A stretch of DNA of 57,783 nt, from positions 15,966 to 73,748 of the forward strand of contig JAOAJL010000004.1 of NCBI GenBank assembly GCA_026414185.1. The letters run 5' to 3'. The notes below the pieces were generated by a model, which worked only from the letters and a program-made list of their open reading frames with translations, was not told the origin of the DNA and ran no database searches. The position numbers were made by a program, and so were the translations under genes. Shown piece after piece: positions 9,342 to 17,530 of the stretch. Position 1 is the first letter of the stretch, and the number at the start of each line of letters is the position of its first letter. The DNA is from Candidatus Micrarchaeota archaeon (GTDB lineage: Archaea; Micrarchaeota; Micrarchaeia; Anstonellales; Anstonellaceae).

Positions 9342-11035
9342 CAAACCACCTTGTAAACATCTGAGGAGCCGTGCGAAAAGACATTGGAGAGCTCCCCTGC
9401 CAGCCCCGCGTATATCTTTATGAAATACGGGATGGGAGCGCCTTCTTCAATGACAATAAGCCTGTTGTCCTTGTCAGAGAAACTCCTGTGCGGCTTGAGA
9501 AGAATCATCGCCGAAAGCGGGATGGATGCGTATGCCTGCCCTGCGGAGTTGAGAAGCACCCCGTCTTTGAGCGACAGGTTTCCATCCTCAGAAAGCTCGC
9601 GCAGAAGGAGCCTTCCTGATGGGGAATAAAAAAGGGCAGCAGACCTTCCCTGCGAAGTCAAAGTGGCGCTGTAGCGGTATGACTCAAAGCCTCCTTGCGT
9701 TGAGAATTCCCCTCTGTCAAGGTCGGAAAGGGAGAGGATGATGTGGGTCCCCGGCGGAAGCCTTGGGCTTCCTGAAATGAGGTAGCTTGCGAGCTTGTCC
9801 GGATTTTCTATTTTTGCGCCTTGAAGGTAAAATTCGGCGGCATCGGCGTGAGAGAGGAGGGCGGCTGACTGCACGCGTAAGCCAGAGAGGAACGACAGCG
9901 ACGAGGAGAGGTCGTAATCAAGGTAGGGAAGGGGCGGAAACAGAAGGTAGTAAGAGAATAGGGCTACGCAGAAAAGAGCGAAAAGAAGGATGGCAAAAAA
10001 GGGCGCAATCCGGTATTCATACAAATGGAGAAGGAGCGGGGCAAGGGCTGCCAAAATGGCGGAAAGTAGGGCAGCCTTGATTCCAAGGCTGTGTATTGAA
10101 ATCCCAAGCAGGATGAAAAATGCCATCGTGAATGCCGCTGAAAGATGCACCTTTCTTTGGTGCTTGCCGTATAGCGCCTGGCTTGCGCCGTCTGAGGCAG
10201 GCAGAAGAAGAAGCAAGCCGGAGGCAAGGGGGGAGAAAAGAAGCGCAAGCAAGCCGGAGGCAATAAGCATGGCGTGCTCAAGCCTGCCTTGCCCAAAGGC
10301 AAAGCAGACTCCTGCCACTGAAGCTGCGGCAAGGAGGAAGCAGGCTTGGCTTAAGCCAGAAGAAAAGCCGGAAAGCGAAGGCTGCAGCGGAGCATGGAAA
10401 GAAAACGAAAGGAGCGCTGCCGCGGCGGAAAGAAGGAGGAAGGCTCCAGCCCGCTTTTCTTTTTTGGCGTGCGCAGAGACGGCAAATGAAAAAGCGAACA
10501 GGGATGCTGAAAGCCCGGCTGTAAAGTCGCAATATGCCGCAATAAAGGCAAGGATTGCGCACAGCAGGAAAATGGCTGGGCTGTGAAGCTGGAGGAAGAA
10601 GCCAAAAAGTAAGATGAACAGGGAAAGCGGAAGCATGGCAAGCAGCTGGGACGAATAGGCGCCAGGCGAGGATGCCAACGCCGCCGGGCCTGCCGCGAAG
10701 AGCAAAACCGCAAGCACCGCTGGGAGTGGTGCGGCGCCGGAAGCCCTGCACGCAAGATAAAGCGCCACCGCGCTTAGGGAAAGCACAATTGGCGCAAGCC
10801 AAAGAAGGGCGGTTGCGATGGAGGCGGCATCGCCAGCCAAGCCAAGCGCCCTGATGAGGAACGCTGCGAAGAGAATGTGCGGCTGCGCCTGCTTTCCTTC
10901 CAGCGCTCCTTCAATCTTTATGGCGCTTTCAAATTCCGGCAGGGTGGATTTTGGGGGGTAGAGCATGAAGCCTGCACACAGGGCAAAGACAAGCAAGGCG
11001 GGGTAGATGTCTTTCGCATCAGGCTTGAATTCCAT
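9341..11035 (-). CDS. Degenerate AglB/STT3 paralogue lacking catalytic motifs, 564 aa
   Basis: Polytopic N-terminal region; C-terminal blocks align by eye to aglB in this window (SHADAAEFY vs SWWDYGHWI; EDGNLSLKDGVL vs ENGDLKLNKGFL; NVFSHGSSDVYKV vs LVFSSANGEVKIYKM). Confidence 0.7.
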   Translation of the reverse strand: MEFKPDAKDIYPALLVFALCAGFMLYPPKSTLPEFESAIKIEGALEGKQAQPHILFAAFLIRALGLAGDAASIATALLWLAPIVLSLSAVALYLACRASGAAPLPAVLAVLLFAAGPAALASSPGAYSSQLLAMLPLSLFILLFGFFLQLHSPAIFLLCAILAFIAAYCDFTAGLSASLFAFSFAVSAHAKKEKRAGAFLLLSAAAALLSFSFHAPLQPSLSGFSSGLSQACFLLAAASVAGVCFAFGQGRLEHAMLIASGLLALLFSPLASGLLLLLPASDGASQALYGKHQRKVHLSAAFTMAFFILLGISIHSLGIKAALLSAILAALAPLLLHLYEYRIAPFFAILLFALFCVALFSYYLLFPPLPYLDYDLSSSLSFLSGLRVQSAALLSHADAAEFYLQGAKIENPDKLASYLISGSPRLPPGTHIILSLSDLDRGEFSTQGGFESYRYSATLTSQGRSAALFYSPSGRLLLRELSEDGNLSLKDGVLLNSAGQAYASIPLSAMILLKPHRSFSDKDNRLIVIEEGAPIPYFIKIYAGLAGELSNVFSHGSSDVYKVV

Positions 11036-11062
11036 AAGACCTCCTCTTTGTCAGCCCAGTTT

Positions 11063-12346
11063 TTATTTGCTGTGCCCGCTGGATTTCAGAAGCTCGGCAG
11101 CGCGCTTTGAAGATATGTTTTTTTCATCAACCATAATCTTGGCAATCTTTTCTATCTGCGCACCTTTTGCGCCTGCCGCGATTGCTATGTTTTTGGCGTG
11201 AAGCTCCATGTGCCCGCGCTGTATGCCCTCTGTGGAAAGGGCGCGCAGCGCCGCGAAATTCTGCGCAAGCCCGACGCTTGCCATTATGCAGGCAAGCTCC
11301 CCTGCGGACTTGACCCCGAGTATTGCGAGGGCAACTTGCGCAGTGGGAAGGGAGCGGATTGCCCCGCCGACAGTCCCCACTGCAAGAGGAAGCTCAATTG
11401 AGCCTTGCAAGTCGCCGTTTGGAAGCTTTTTGTAATTTGTCAGGGGCAGGTACCTGCCGCTTATCGCCGCATAGGCATGCGCCCCAGCTTCCACTGCCCT
11501 CCAGTCGTTGCCTGTTGCCAGCGCCACGGCGTCTATGCCGTTCATTATGCCCTTGTTGTGCGTGGCGCAGCGGAATATGTCCGAGTGGGCGAATGCCCAT
11601 GCATCAAGCACGCCTTCAACCGCATCCTCCCCTATTGTCTCCTTTTTCCAGACGGCAGTGGCTCTGGCAAGCCTGCTTGCCGCAAGATTTGAGATTATCC
11701 TCAGGCGCACCTTCCCGCCGGCAAGCTGGCGGAGCTTCGGAGCCACCCCCTCAAGTATGGTATTGACGGTGTTTGCGCCCATGGAGTCACGCACGTCTAT
11801 GTGGAACTCCGCTATCACCATCCCGCCGCGGGGCGTTTCAATGGCTCTTGCGCAAAAGCCCCTCAGCCCGCCTCCGTAGGATGCGATGTTCTCCGCGAAC
11901 GGGGCGGCTGCTGAAAGTATCTCTGTCTTGGCACAATTCAGCTCCTCAGCCGCCTTTTTTGCATCTCCCAGCCCGACAAGCTGTATCTGCCCTATCATAA
12001 TCGGCGGGTCTGCGGATGCGAAAAATCCGCCGCTGTCCCTGCAAAGCTTCGCGGCGTTGCTTGCAGCGGCTACGACAGAGGGCTCCTCTATGCTCATGGG
12101 CACGAGAACCTCCCTGCCGTTGACTATGAAATTGGTGGCAATGGCAAAGGGAAGGGGATGGAAGCCAAGCACGTTCTCTATGATGCGGTTTGCTGTGTCA
12201 AACGCAAGCGGCGAATCCGAGGCAAGCACCTGCGCCTGCTCTTTTGAAAGGGAGCAGAACTTTTTCACAAGCCTTATCTTCTCTTTGCGCCCAAGCTTGT
12301 AAAAGCCGGACAGCGCTGATGATTTTTTCAGAGCCATCAGAATCAC
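11063..12346 (-). CDS. mvaA: Hydroxymethylglutaryl-CoA reductase, class II
   Basis: IENVLG, EEPSVVAA, DSMGANTVN, THNKGIMNG, GHMELHAKN; alternative ATG at 12337. Confidence 0.93.
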   Translation of the reverse strand: MILMALKKSSALSGFYKLGRKEKIRLVKKFCSLSKEQAQVLASDSPLAFDTANRIIENVLGFHPLPFAIATNFIVNGREVLVPMSIEEPSVVAAASNAAKLCRDSGGFFASADPPIMIGQIQLVGLGDAKKAAEELNCAKTEILSAAAPFAENIASYGGGLRGFCARAIETPRGGMVIAEFHIDVRDSMGANTVNTILEGVAPKLRQLAGGKVRLRIISNLAASRLARATAVWKKETIGEDAVEGVLDAWAFAHSDIFRCATHNKGIMNGIDAVALATGNDWRAVEAGAHAYAAISGRYLPLTNYKKLPNGDLQGSIELPLAVGTVGGAIRSLPTAQVALAILGVKSAGELACIMASVGLAQNFAALRALSTEGIQRGHMELHAKNIAIAAGAKGAQIEKIAKIMVDEKNISSKRAAELLKSSGHSK

Positions 12347-13206
12347 TTTCCAGCCGCCTCAATCAGGCAGATGAGCTTGTAGGCAAGCCGAGCGGCAAGG
12401 AAATCGGAGATGCGGTTGCCTGGAATGGGGCAAAGCTCCACCACGTCAAAGCCAACGATTTTCTTTCTTGCCGCAACTTCCGAAAGCAGCTCCGCAGCCT
12501 GCTTGTAGCGCAATCCACCCGGCTCAGGGGTGCCGACAGCAGGGCATTCTGAGGGGTCAAAGGCGTCCAGGTCTACCGTGACATACACCTCGCCTTTCAG
12601 CCTCTTCACAACCGCCGAGGCTTCAAATTCAGATCCGAAAACATCAAGCCCGCCCTTTCTTATCAGCTGCGCCTCCTCCTCCGAGTAGCTTCTCACCCCA
12701 ACCGAAACCGCGTGGAAGGCTTCGCGGCAGCGGCGCATCACGCAGGCGTGGTTGAACTTTGTCCCTTCATACTCGTCCCGCATGTCCGCGTGGGCATCAA
12801 GGTGCAGCACTGAGATGCCTTTTGCGCGGCTGGCAAATGCGTTGAACGCGCCTATTGAGACTGAGTGCTCGCCCCCAAGCAGGATTGGGATTCTCTTTTC
12901 TCTCAGCACCGCCTCCACCGCCTCTTTCACATAGGCGCAGTTTTTCTCAGGCGAGCCCCGATGGACCTCAAGCTCCCCGAAGGTGTAGATTCCGCAGCCT
13001 GAAAAGTCTCGCTGCAGCTGGATGTCGTATGTTTCCACCTGCCTGCTTGCCTCTATTATCGCCTGCGGTCCGCTGCGCATGCCCACTCCGTAGCTTGCGG
13101 TTGAGTCATATGGGCAGGAGAGGACGACGTATTTGCTTTTCGCATAGTCATTTGGCACTCCCAGAAACGTCATCGGGACTCCTGCGTGGAATATTTCAAG
13201 AGCCAT
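12343..13206 (-). CDS. speB: Agmatinase (ureohydrolase family)
   Basis: GGEHS, DAHAD, DLDAFDP, GTPEPGG, DVVE. Confidence 0.9.
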   Translation of the reverse strand: MALEIFHAGVPMTFLGVPNDYAKSKYVVLSCPYDSTASYGVGMRSGPQAIIEASRQVETYDIQLQRDFSGCGIYTFGELEVHRGSPEKNCAYVKEAVEAVLREKRIPILLGGEHSVSIGAFNAFASRAKGISVLHLDAHADMRDEYEGTKFNHACVMRRCREAFHAVSVGVRSYSEEEAQLIRKGGLDVFGSEFEASAVVKRLKGEVYVTVDLDAFDPSECPAVGTPEPGGLRYKQAAELLSEVAARKKIVGFDVVELCPIPGNRISDFLAARLAYKLICLIEAAGK

Positions 13207-13276
13207 GCTACTACCCACACCGAAGAGGAGAGTGGGTGAATACACCTTTTAAAACTACCCGCCGCCAAATCCACAC

Positions 13277-14149
13277 ATGAAAACCGCCCTTTTGGCATAC
13301 GGGCGCCTTTTCCGCATAGAGCACGCGCTGATGCTTGCTGTTGCAGTGCTTTTTGGAGAGCTTGTTGCGGCAGACTCCTTTGCCTTGCCCCTGCCTGCGC
13401 CAGAAACAATCCTCCTTTCGCTTGCAGTGCCAATCTTTCTTGAGATGGCGTCATTTGCTCTGAATGATTTTTTGGACATTGAAACTGACAGGGAAAACCG
13501 AAGAAAAGACAGGCCGCTTGTGAGCGGGGAGATTTCCCCAAGGCAGGCTCTTGCCGCCTCGGCGCTCTGCTATGCCGCAGGGCTTGCCGCAGCAGCCCCC
13601 TTGCCGACCCTTGCCTTCCAGCTCGCCTTGGTTTTCGCCCTCGCCTCAATACTTTACAGCTGGAAGCTCAAGGACATGATGCTTGTTGGCAACCTTTACA
13701 TTGCCGCCTCAATGGCAGTGCCCTTTGTCTTTGGCAATATCGTGGTTTCTTCGCGGCTTGATGCGCCCGTTCTGGCAGTGGCGGCAGGGGCTTTTGTTTC
13801 CGGCTTGGGAAGGGAAATTGTGAAGTCCGCCGAGGATTTGGAGGGGGATGTGAAGCGCAGGAAAAGCAGGACGCTGCCTGCTGTTGTCGGCAAAAAAAAT
13901 GCCTGCTTTCTTGCGGCGCTCCTTTACTTTTTGCTTGCTCCGCTTTCCCTGCTTCCGTTTTATTTCGGGCTCAGGGCGAATATCCTTTCTGCCGGGCTTG
14001 TGATTGTTGCCGCAGCAGCATTCTTTGCCATTGGGATTTCGGTTGCCAGGAACCAGGCGGGAGAGGGGCTTGAATCCGCAAGGAAAAGCTCCCTTCTTGC
14101 CGCGGGGGTCGGGCTTGCCGGCTATTGGGCAAGCCTGCTTCAAATTTAA
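13277..14149 (+). CDS. UbiA prenyltransferase, probable digeranylgeranylglyceryl-phosphate synthase (DGGGPS)
   Basis: NDFLDIETDRENRRKDRPLVSG and REIVKSAEDLEGD Asp-rich motifs; polytopic. Confidence 0.85.
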   Translation: MKTALLAYGRLFRIEHALMLAVAVLFGELVAADSFALPLPAPETILLSLAVPIFLEMASFALNDFLDIETDRENRRKDRPLVSGEISPRQALAASALCYAAGLAAAAPLPTLAFQLALVFALASILYSWKLKDMMLVGNLYIAASMAVPFVFGNIVVSSRLDAPVLAVAAGAFVSGLGREIVKSAEDLEGDVKRRKSRTLPAVVGKKNACFLAALLYFLLAPLSLLPFYFGLRANILSAGLVIVAAAAFFAIGISVARNQAGEGLESARKSSLLAAGVGLAGYWASLLQI

Positions 14150-14173
14150 ACATTCCCACCCAATTGCGTTGCG

Positions 14174-15055
14174 GTGAGGTGGATGGAAGCGATAGTTTCA
14201 ACAGACTTGCCCCTGAAGCGCTTTTCAAAAGGCAAGGTGCGCGAAACCTATGAGTTGCCCGATGGCAACCTGCTGATGGTTGCGACCGATCGCCTTTCTG
14301 CCTTTGACGTCGTTTTTTCCGAGGGCATACCCTACAAGGGAATCGTGCTTACAGAGCTGTCTCTTTTCTGGTTTGAAAAGCTCAGTGGCATTGTGGAAAA
14401 CCACCTCATCTCCTCAAGGGTGCCTGCTGGCTTGCCGGATTACCTCAAAAGAAGGAGCATGGTGGTCAAAAAGGCAAAGCCCATCAAGCTTGAGTGCGTG
14501 GTGCGCGGATACCTGGCTGGAAGCGGGCTGAAGGAATACAACGAGAAAGGGACTGTGTGCGGCATACCCCTTCCGCCCGGCTTGAAAAACTCAAGCAAGC
14601 TTCCGCAGCCCCTTTTTACCCCAAGCACCAAGGCGGATGTCGGGCACGACATAAACGTGGATGAGAAAGAGGGGCAGAGGATAGTGGGCAAGGAAACCTA
14701 CGAGCGCATCAAGGAGCTTTCCCTCAGGATATACACCACTGCCGCGGAGTATGCCGCAAAGCGCGGCGTGATACTGGCAGACACGAAGTTTGAATTCGGG
14801 CTTTATGACGGCAAGATAATCCTGATTGACGAGGTGCTCACGCCGGACTCCTCAAGATACTGGCCTGCGGACAGATACGAGGTTGGAAAAAATCAGCCCT
14901 CCTACGACAAGCAGTATGTCCGCGACTACCTTGAGGGGATTGGCTGGGACAAAAAGCCGCCAGCCCCGCGCCTTCCGCCCGAGGTGGTGGCAAAGACAAC
15001 CGAGAAATACATTGAGGCTTATGAGAAAATCACGGGCAAGAAGTTCAAAAGGTAA
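14174..15055 (+). CDS. purC: SAICAR synthetase
   Basis: [59 protein letters not shown]. Confidence 0.96.
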   Translation: MRWMEAIVSTDLPLKRFSKGKVRETYELPDGNLLMVATDRLSAFDVVFSEGIPYKGIVLTELSLFWFEKLSGIVENHLISSRVPAGLPDYLKRRSMVVKKAKPIKLECVVRGYLAGSGLKEYNEKGTVCGIPLPPGLKNSSKLPQPLFTPSTKADVGHDINVDEKEGQRIVGKETYERIKELSLRIYTTAAEYAAKRGVILADTKFEFGLYDGKIILIDEVLTPDSSRYWPADRYEVGKNQPSYDKQYVRDYLEGIGWDKKPPAPRLPPEVVAKTTEKYIEAYEKITGKKFKR

Positions 15056-15069
15056 AGGGGGTGGTTTGG

Positions 15070-15492
15070 ATGGTGGATGTGCTGATAATGCTTGGAAGCG
15101 AGTCTGATATGGCGATAGCCGAGAAGGCGAAAAAGGCGCTTGACGAGCTTGGGATACCAAACGAGATAAAGGTGGCATCCGCGCACAGAGCTCCTGAGCT
15201 TGTGGATAAAATAGTTAGGGAGTCGGATGCGAAGGTGTTCATAGGGATTGCCGGGCTGTCGGCTGCCCTCCCCGGCGTTATCGCATCAAAGACGAAAAAG
15301 CCTGTGATTGGCGTTCCTGTGGATGTGAAGCTTGGCGGGCTGGACGCGCTTTTGTCCATCGCGCAGATACCCTCAGGGGTTCCTGTTGCCGCCGTAGGAA
15401 TTGACAATGGGAAGAATGCCGCCCTTCTTGCCGCAAGGATACTTGCTTTGAGCGACAGGAAGCTTGCTGAAAAGCTTGAGAAAGGCAAGTGA
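15070..15492 (+). CDS. purE: AIR carboxylase / N5-CAIR mutase
   Basis: [40 protein letters not shown]. Confidence 0.93.
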   Translation: MVDVLIMLGSESDMAIAEKAKKALDELGIPNEIKVASAHRAPELVDKIVRESDAKVFIGIAGLSAALPGVIASKTKKPVIGVPVDVKLGGLDALLSIAQIPSGVPVAAVGIDNGKNAALLAARILALSDRKLAEKLEKGK

Positions 15493-15505
15493 ATGCGTGA
15501 GGCAG

Positions 15506-16099
15506 ATGACTCGCAAAGGCGAAACCAATCCAATACACCTGCCGCCTCTGCTGCGCGGCTGCAGGCGCGGCCCGCAGGTGATGCTGCCAAAAGACATCGG
15601 GATAATTCTTGCTTACTGCGGGGTGGGGAAAAACTCTGTTGTTGTTGATGCGGGCGCAGGAAGTGGATGGCTTGCAATTGCCCTTGCCAATGTATGCAGG
15701 CGTGTCGTATCATATGAATGGCGCGAGGAGTTTGCGCAATTGGCGGAAAAGAACGCCAAGCGGGCTGGCGTGTCGGATTCCCTTGAGGTAAAAAGAAAGG
15801 ACGTCTTTGATGGGATTGACGAGCGCGATGTGGATTTGGTAACGCTGGACATGGCGGACTCGGACAAGGTCGTGCCGCATGCGCACGCTGCTTTGCGAAA
15901 AGGCGGCATGGTTTTTGGCTATCTTCCGCATGTGGAGCAGGCAAGAAAGTTTTTTGAGGCGTGCCAAGCCGCCGGTTTTTCGGATGTGCGGATGCTGGAG
16001 TGCATTGTGAGGGATTACCTCGTGCGGCAGGCAGGGGTGCGGCCTCAAAACACAGGGCTTGTCCACACAGGATATATTGTTTTTGCGACCAAGAAATAA
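15506..16099 (+). CDS. trmI: tRNA (adenine-N1)-methyltransferase TrmI/Gcd14 family, short N-terminus
   Basis: RGPQVMLPKDI, VVDAGAGSG, SYEWREEF, LDMADS, VRPQ..GLVHTGYI. Confidence 0.88.
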   Translation: MTRKGETNPIHLPPLLRGCRRGPQVMLPKDIGIILAYCGVGKNSVVVDAGAGSGWLAIALANVCRRVVSYEWREEFAQLAEKNAKRAGVSDSLEVKRKDVFDGIDERDVDLVTLDMADSDKVVPHAHAALRKGGMVFGYLPHVEQARKFFEACQAAGFSDVRMLECIVRDYLVRQAGVRPQNTGLVHTGYIVFATKK

Positions 16100-16118
16100 A
16101 TCCGGGAGGTGTGTTTGG

Positions 16119-17105
16119 ATGAAGGAACTTGTTTTGGCACTTTTGATTTCGGCGGCGCTGCTTTTGGCAGGGTGCGCGGGGGGAAGCCAGCAACCTCCCT
16201 CCCAGCAGCAACCGCAGCAGGAGACGCCGAAAGCACCTGCGCCGCAGGAGAAGAAAGAAACTTCGCCCCCCTCCCTGCCGCCTTCCGAGGGGGAAAGCAA
16301 GCCCGCGGAGCAGTCGCCTCAGCCTGCCGTTGAGTCTGATACTTGCACAGTCGGTTTCCAAAAGGATGCCTCAAATGTTTATCTTGTGATGGTAGATGCG
16401 CAGACCTCAAAGGAAATTACTGTGAGCTGCCCGACAGGCACGCCAGCGGAAAGGAGAGGCACCCTTTACTTCTGCGAAAGGCTGGACTTTCCCGGGCAGG
16501 CGGTGGCTTACATAGACGGAAAGAAGTGCGGGGCTGCCTCGTTTGTGCGCGGAGCGTATGAAACAAAGGGCAGCTCCAAGATATTCTGCACCATCTTTCT
16601 TTCGCAGACTAGGCTTACTGCCGGGCAGAGCACTGAAACAACCATACAGACCTCAACGGGAGAAAAGGAAGTCCTGCTTGAATACACCTGCGGAAGCGAG
16701 ATAAAAAGGCAGAAGCGAAGCGGGCTTGTGAGAGACGGGGCGATATGCACCTACAGCAAGCCCGGCACTTTTGTGGTGGAGGCAAAAATTGACGGGGAGG
16801 TATGCGACTCCAAGCTCATTGAGGTGTTCGCAAAGCCGAAAGACTGCTTTGTGCTGCCGACTGTGTTCTCAAAGGAAGGGGACTACTACGTGTATAAGGC
16901 GAAGGTTGCGGCGCGCGGCTACTCAGGCAACGACGAGATTTCCTACCGCTGCTACGACAACCTGTTTGGCATAAAGGTGCGCGACATACCAAACTCCACC
17001 GACTTCATAAAGGAAATTGAGTGCCGTGGCAAAAGCGGGCCTTTGAGCCAGCCTGTCAAGGTGCGCATCGGTGCGGATGAGTGCGGCTACATCCTGCCAC
17101 AGTGA
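16119..17105 (+). CDS. Putative lipoprotein with Pro/Gln/Glu linker and three 4-Cys beta-rich domains
   Basis: MKELVLALLISAALLLAGC lipobox-like signal; low-complexity linker; three repeats ending IDGKKC, IDGEVC and IGADEC. Confidence 0.75.
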   Translation: MKELVLALLISAALLLAGCAGGSQQPPSQQQPQQETPKAPAPQEKKETSPPSLPPSEGESKPAEQSPQPAVESDTCTVGFQKDASNVYLVMVDAQTSKEITVSCPTGTPAERRGTLYFCERLDFPGQAVAYIDGKKCGAASFVRGAYETKGSSKIFCTIFLSQTRLTAGQSTETTIQTSTGEKEVLLEYTCGSEIKRQKRSGLVRDGAICTYSKPGTFVVEAKIDGEVCDSKLIEVFAKPKDCFVLPTVFSKEGDYYVYKAKVAARGYSGNDEISYRCYDNLFGIKVRDIPNSTDFIKEIECRGKSGPLSQPVKVRIGADECGYILPQ

Positions 17106-17128
17106 AAGTCGCCAGAGAAATTAAAAAC

Positions 17129-17509
17129 ATGGGCAGCAAAATAAGGGGCATGAGGCTCTTGCTTGCCGTTGTTTTCTTGCTTGCCGCCGCCCAGCTTTCA
17201 TATTCTGGAAAGCCCGCTCCCCCACCCAGTCAGCAGGCTTCTCCTCTTCAAGATGTCAACGAGGCGGTATTTGCGCTTTGCAATGCCCTCAAATCCCTCC
17301 TTCCAGTAGTTGCGATGCTTATGATAGTGTTCGGAGCGGTGGTTTATGCCGCTGGGCAGATAATGGGGGCGGAAACAAGGGCAAGGGCAAACGTCTGGGC
17401 AACTGCGGCAGTCACGGGCGCGCTTGTTGCCATGCTGATTGCAACGGTCGCTCCAGCAGTTCTTTCAATGATGGTTCCTGGCGTTCAGTGCGACGTATTC
17501 GCTCCGTAA
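17129..17509 (+). CDS. VirB2/TrbC-like (T4SS-type) pilin, copy 1
   Basis: Signal-like N-terminus, short linker, then two hydrophobic helices joined by a basic loop (GAETRARANVW); 48/67 identical to the 57386 paralogue by manual alignment. Confidence 0.7.
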   Translation: MGSKIRGMRLLLAVVFLLAAAQLSYSGKPAPPPSQQASPLQDVNEAVFALCNALKSLLPVVAMLMIVFGAVVYAAGQIMGAETRARANVWATAAVTGALVAMLIATVAPAVLSMMVPGVQCDVFAP

Positions 17510-17530
17510 GAATATATAGGGGGTGGGAGC

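Noticed and set aside
9341-11035. aglB pseudogene
   Set aside because: 564 uninterrupted codons with translational coupling to GPT; motif loss is by substitution, not by stops or frameshifts
15045-16361. 438-aa minus-strand ORF
   Set aside because: Antisense shadow across purE, trmI and the lipoprotein; Arg/Pro/Ser-biased
17129-17509. Type IV pilin or archaellin
   Set aside because: No class III signal (short basic leader, K/R-G/A cleavage site, hydrophobic N-terminal helix) and no PilB/PilC/ArlI/ArlJ genes; the two-helix hairpin fits VirB2-type better
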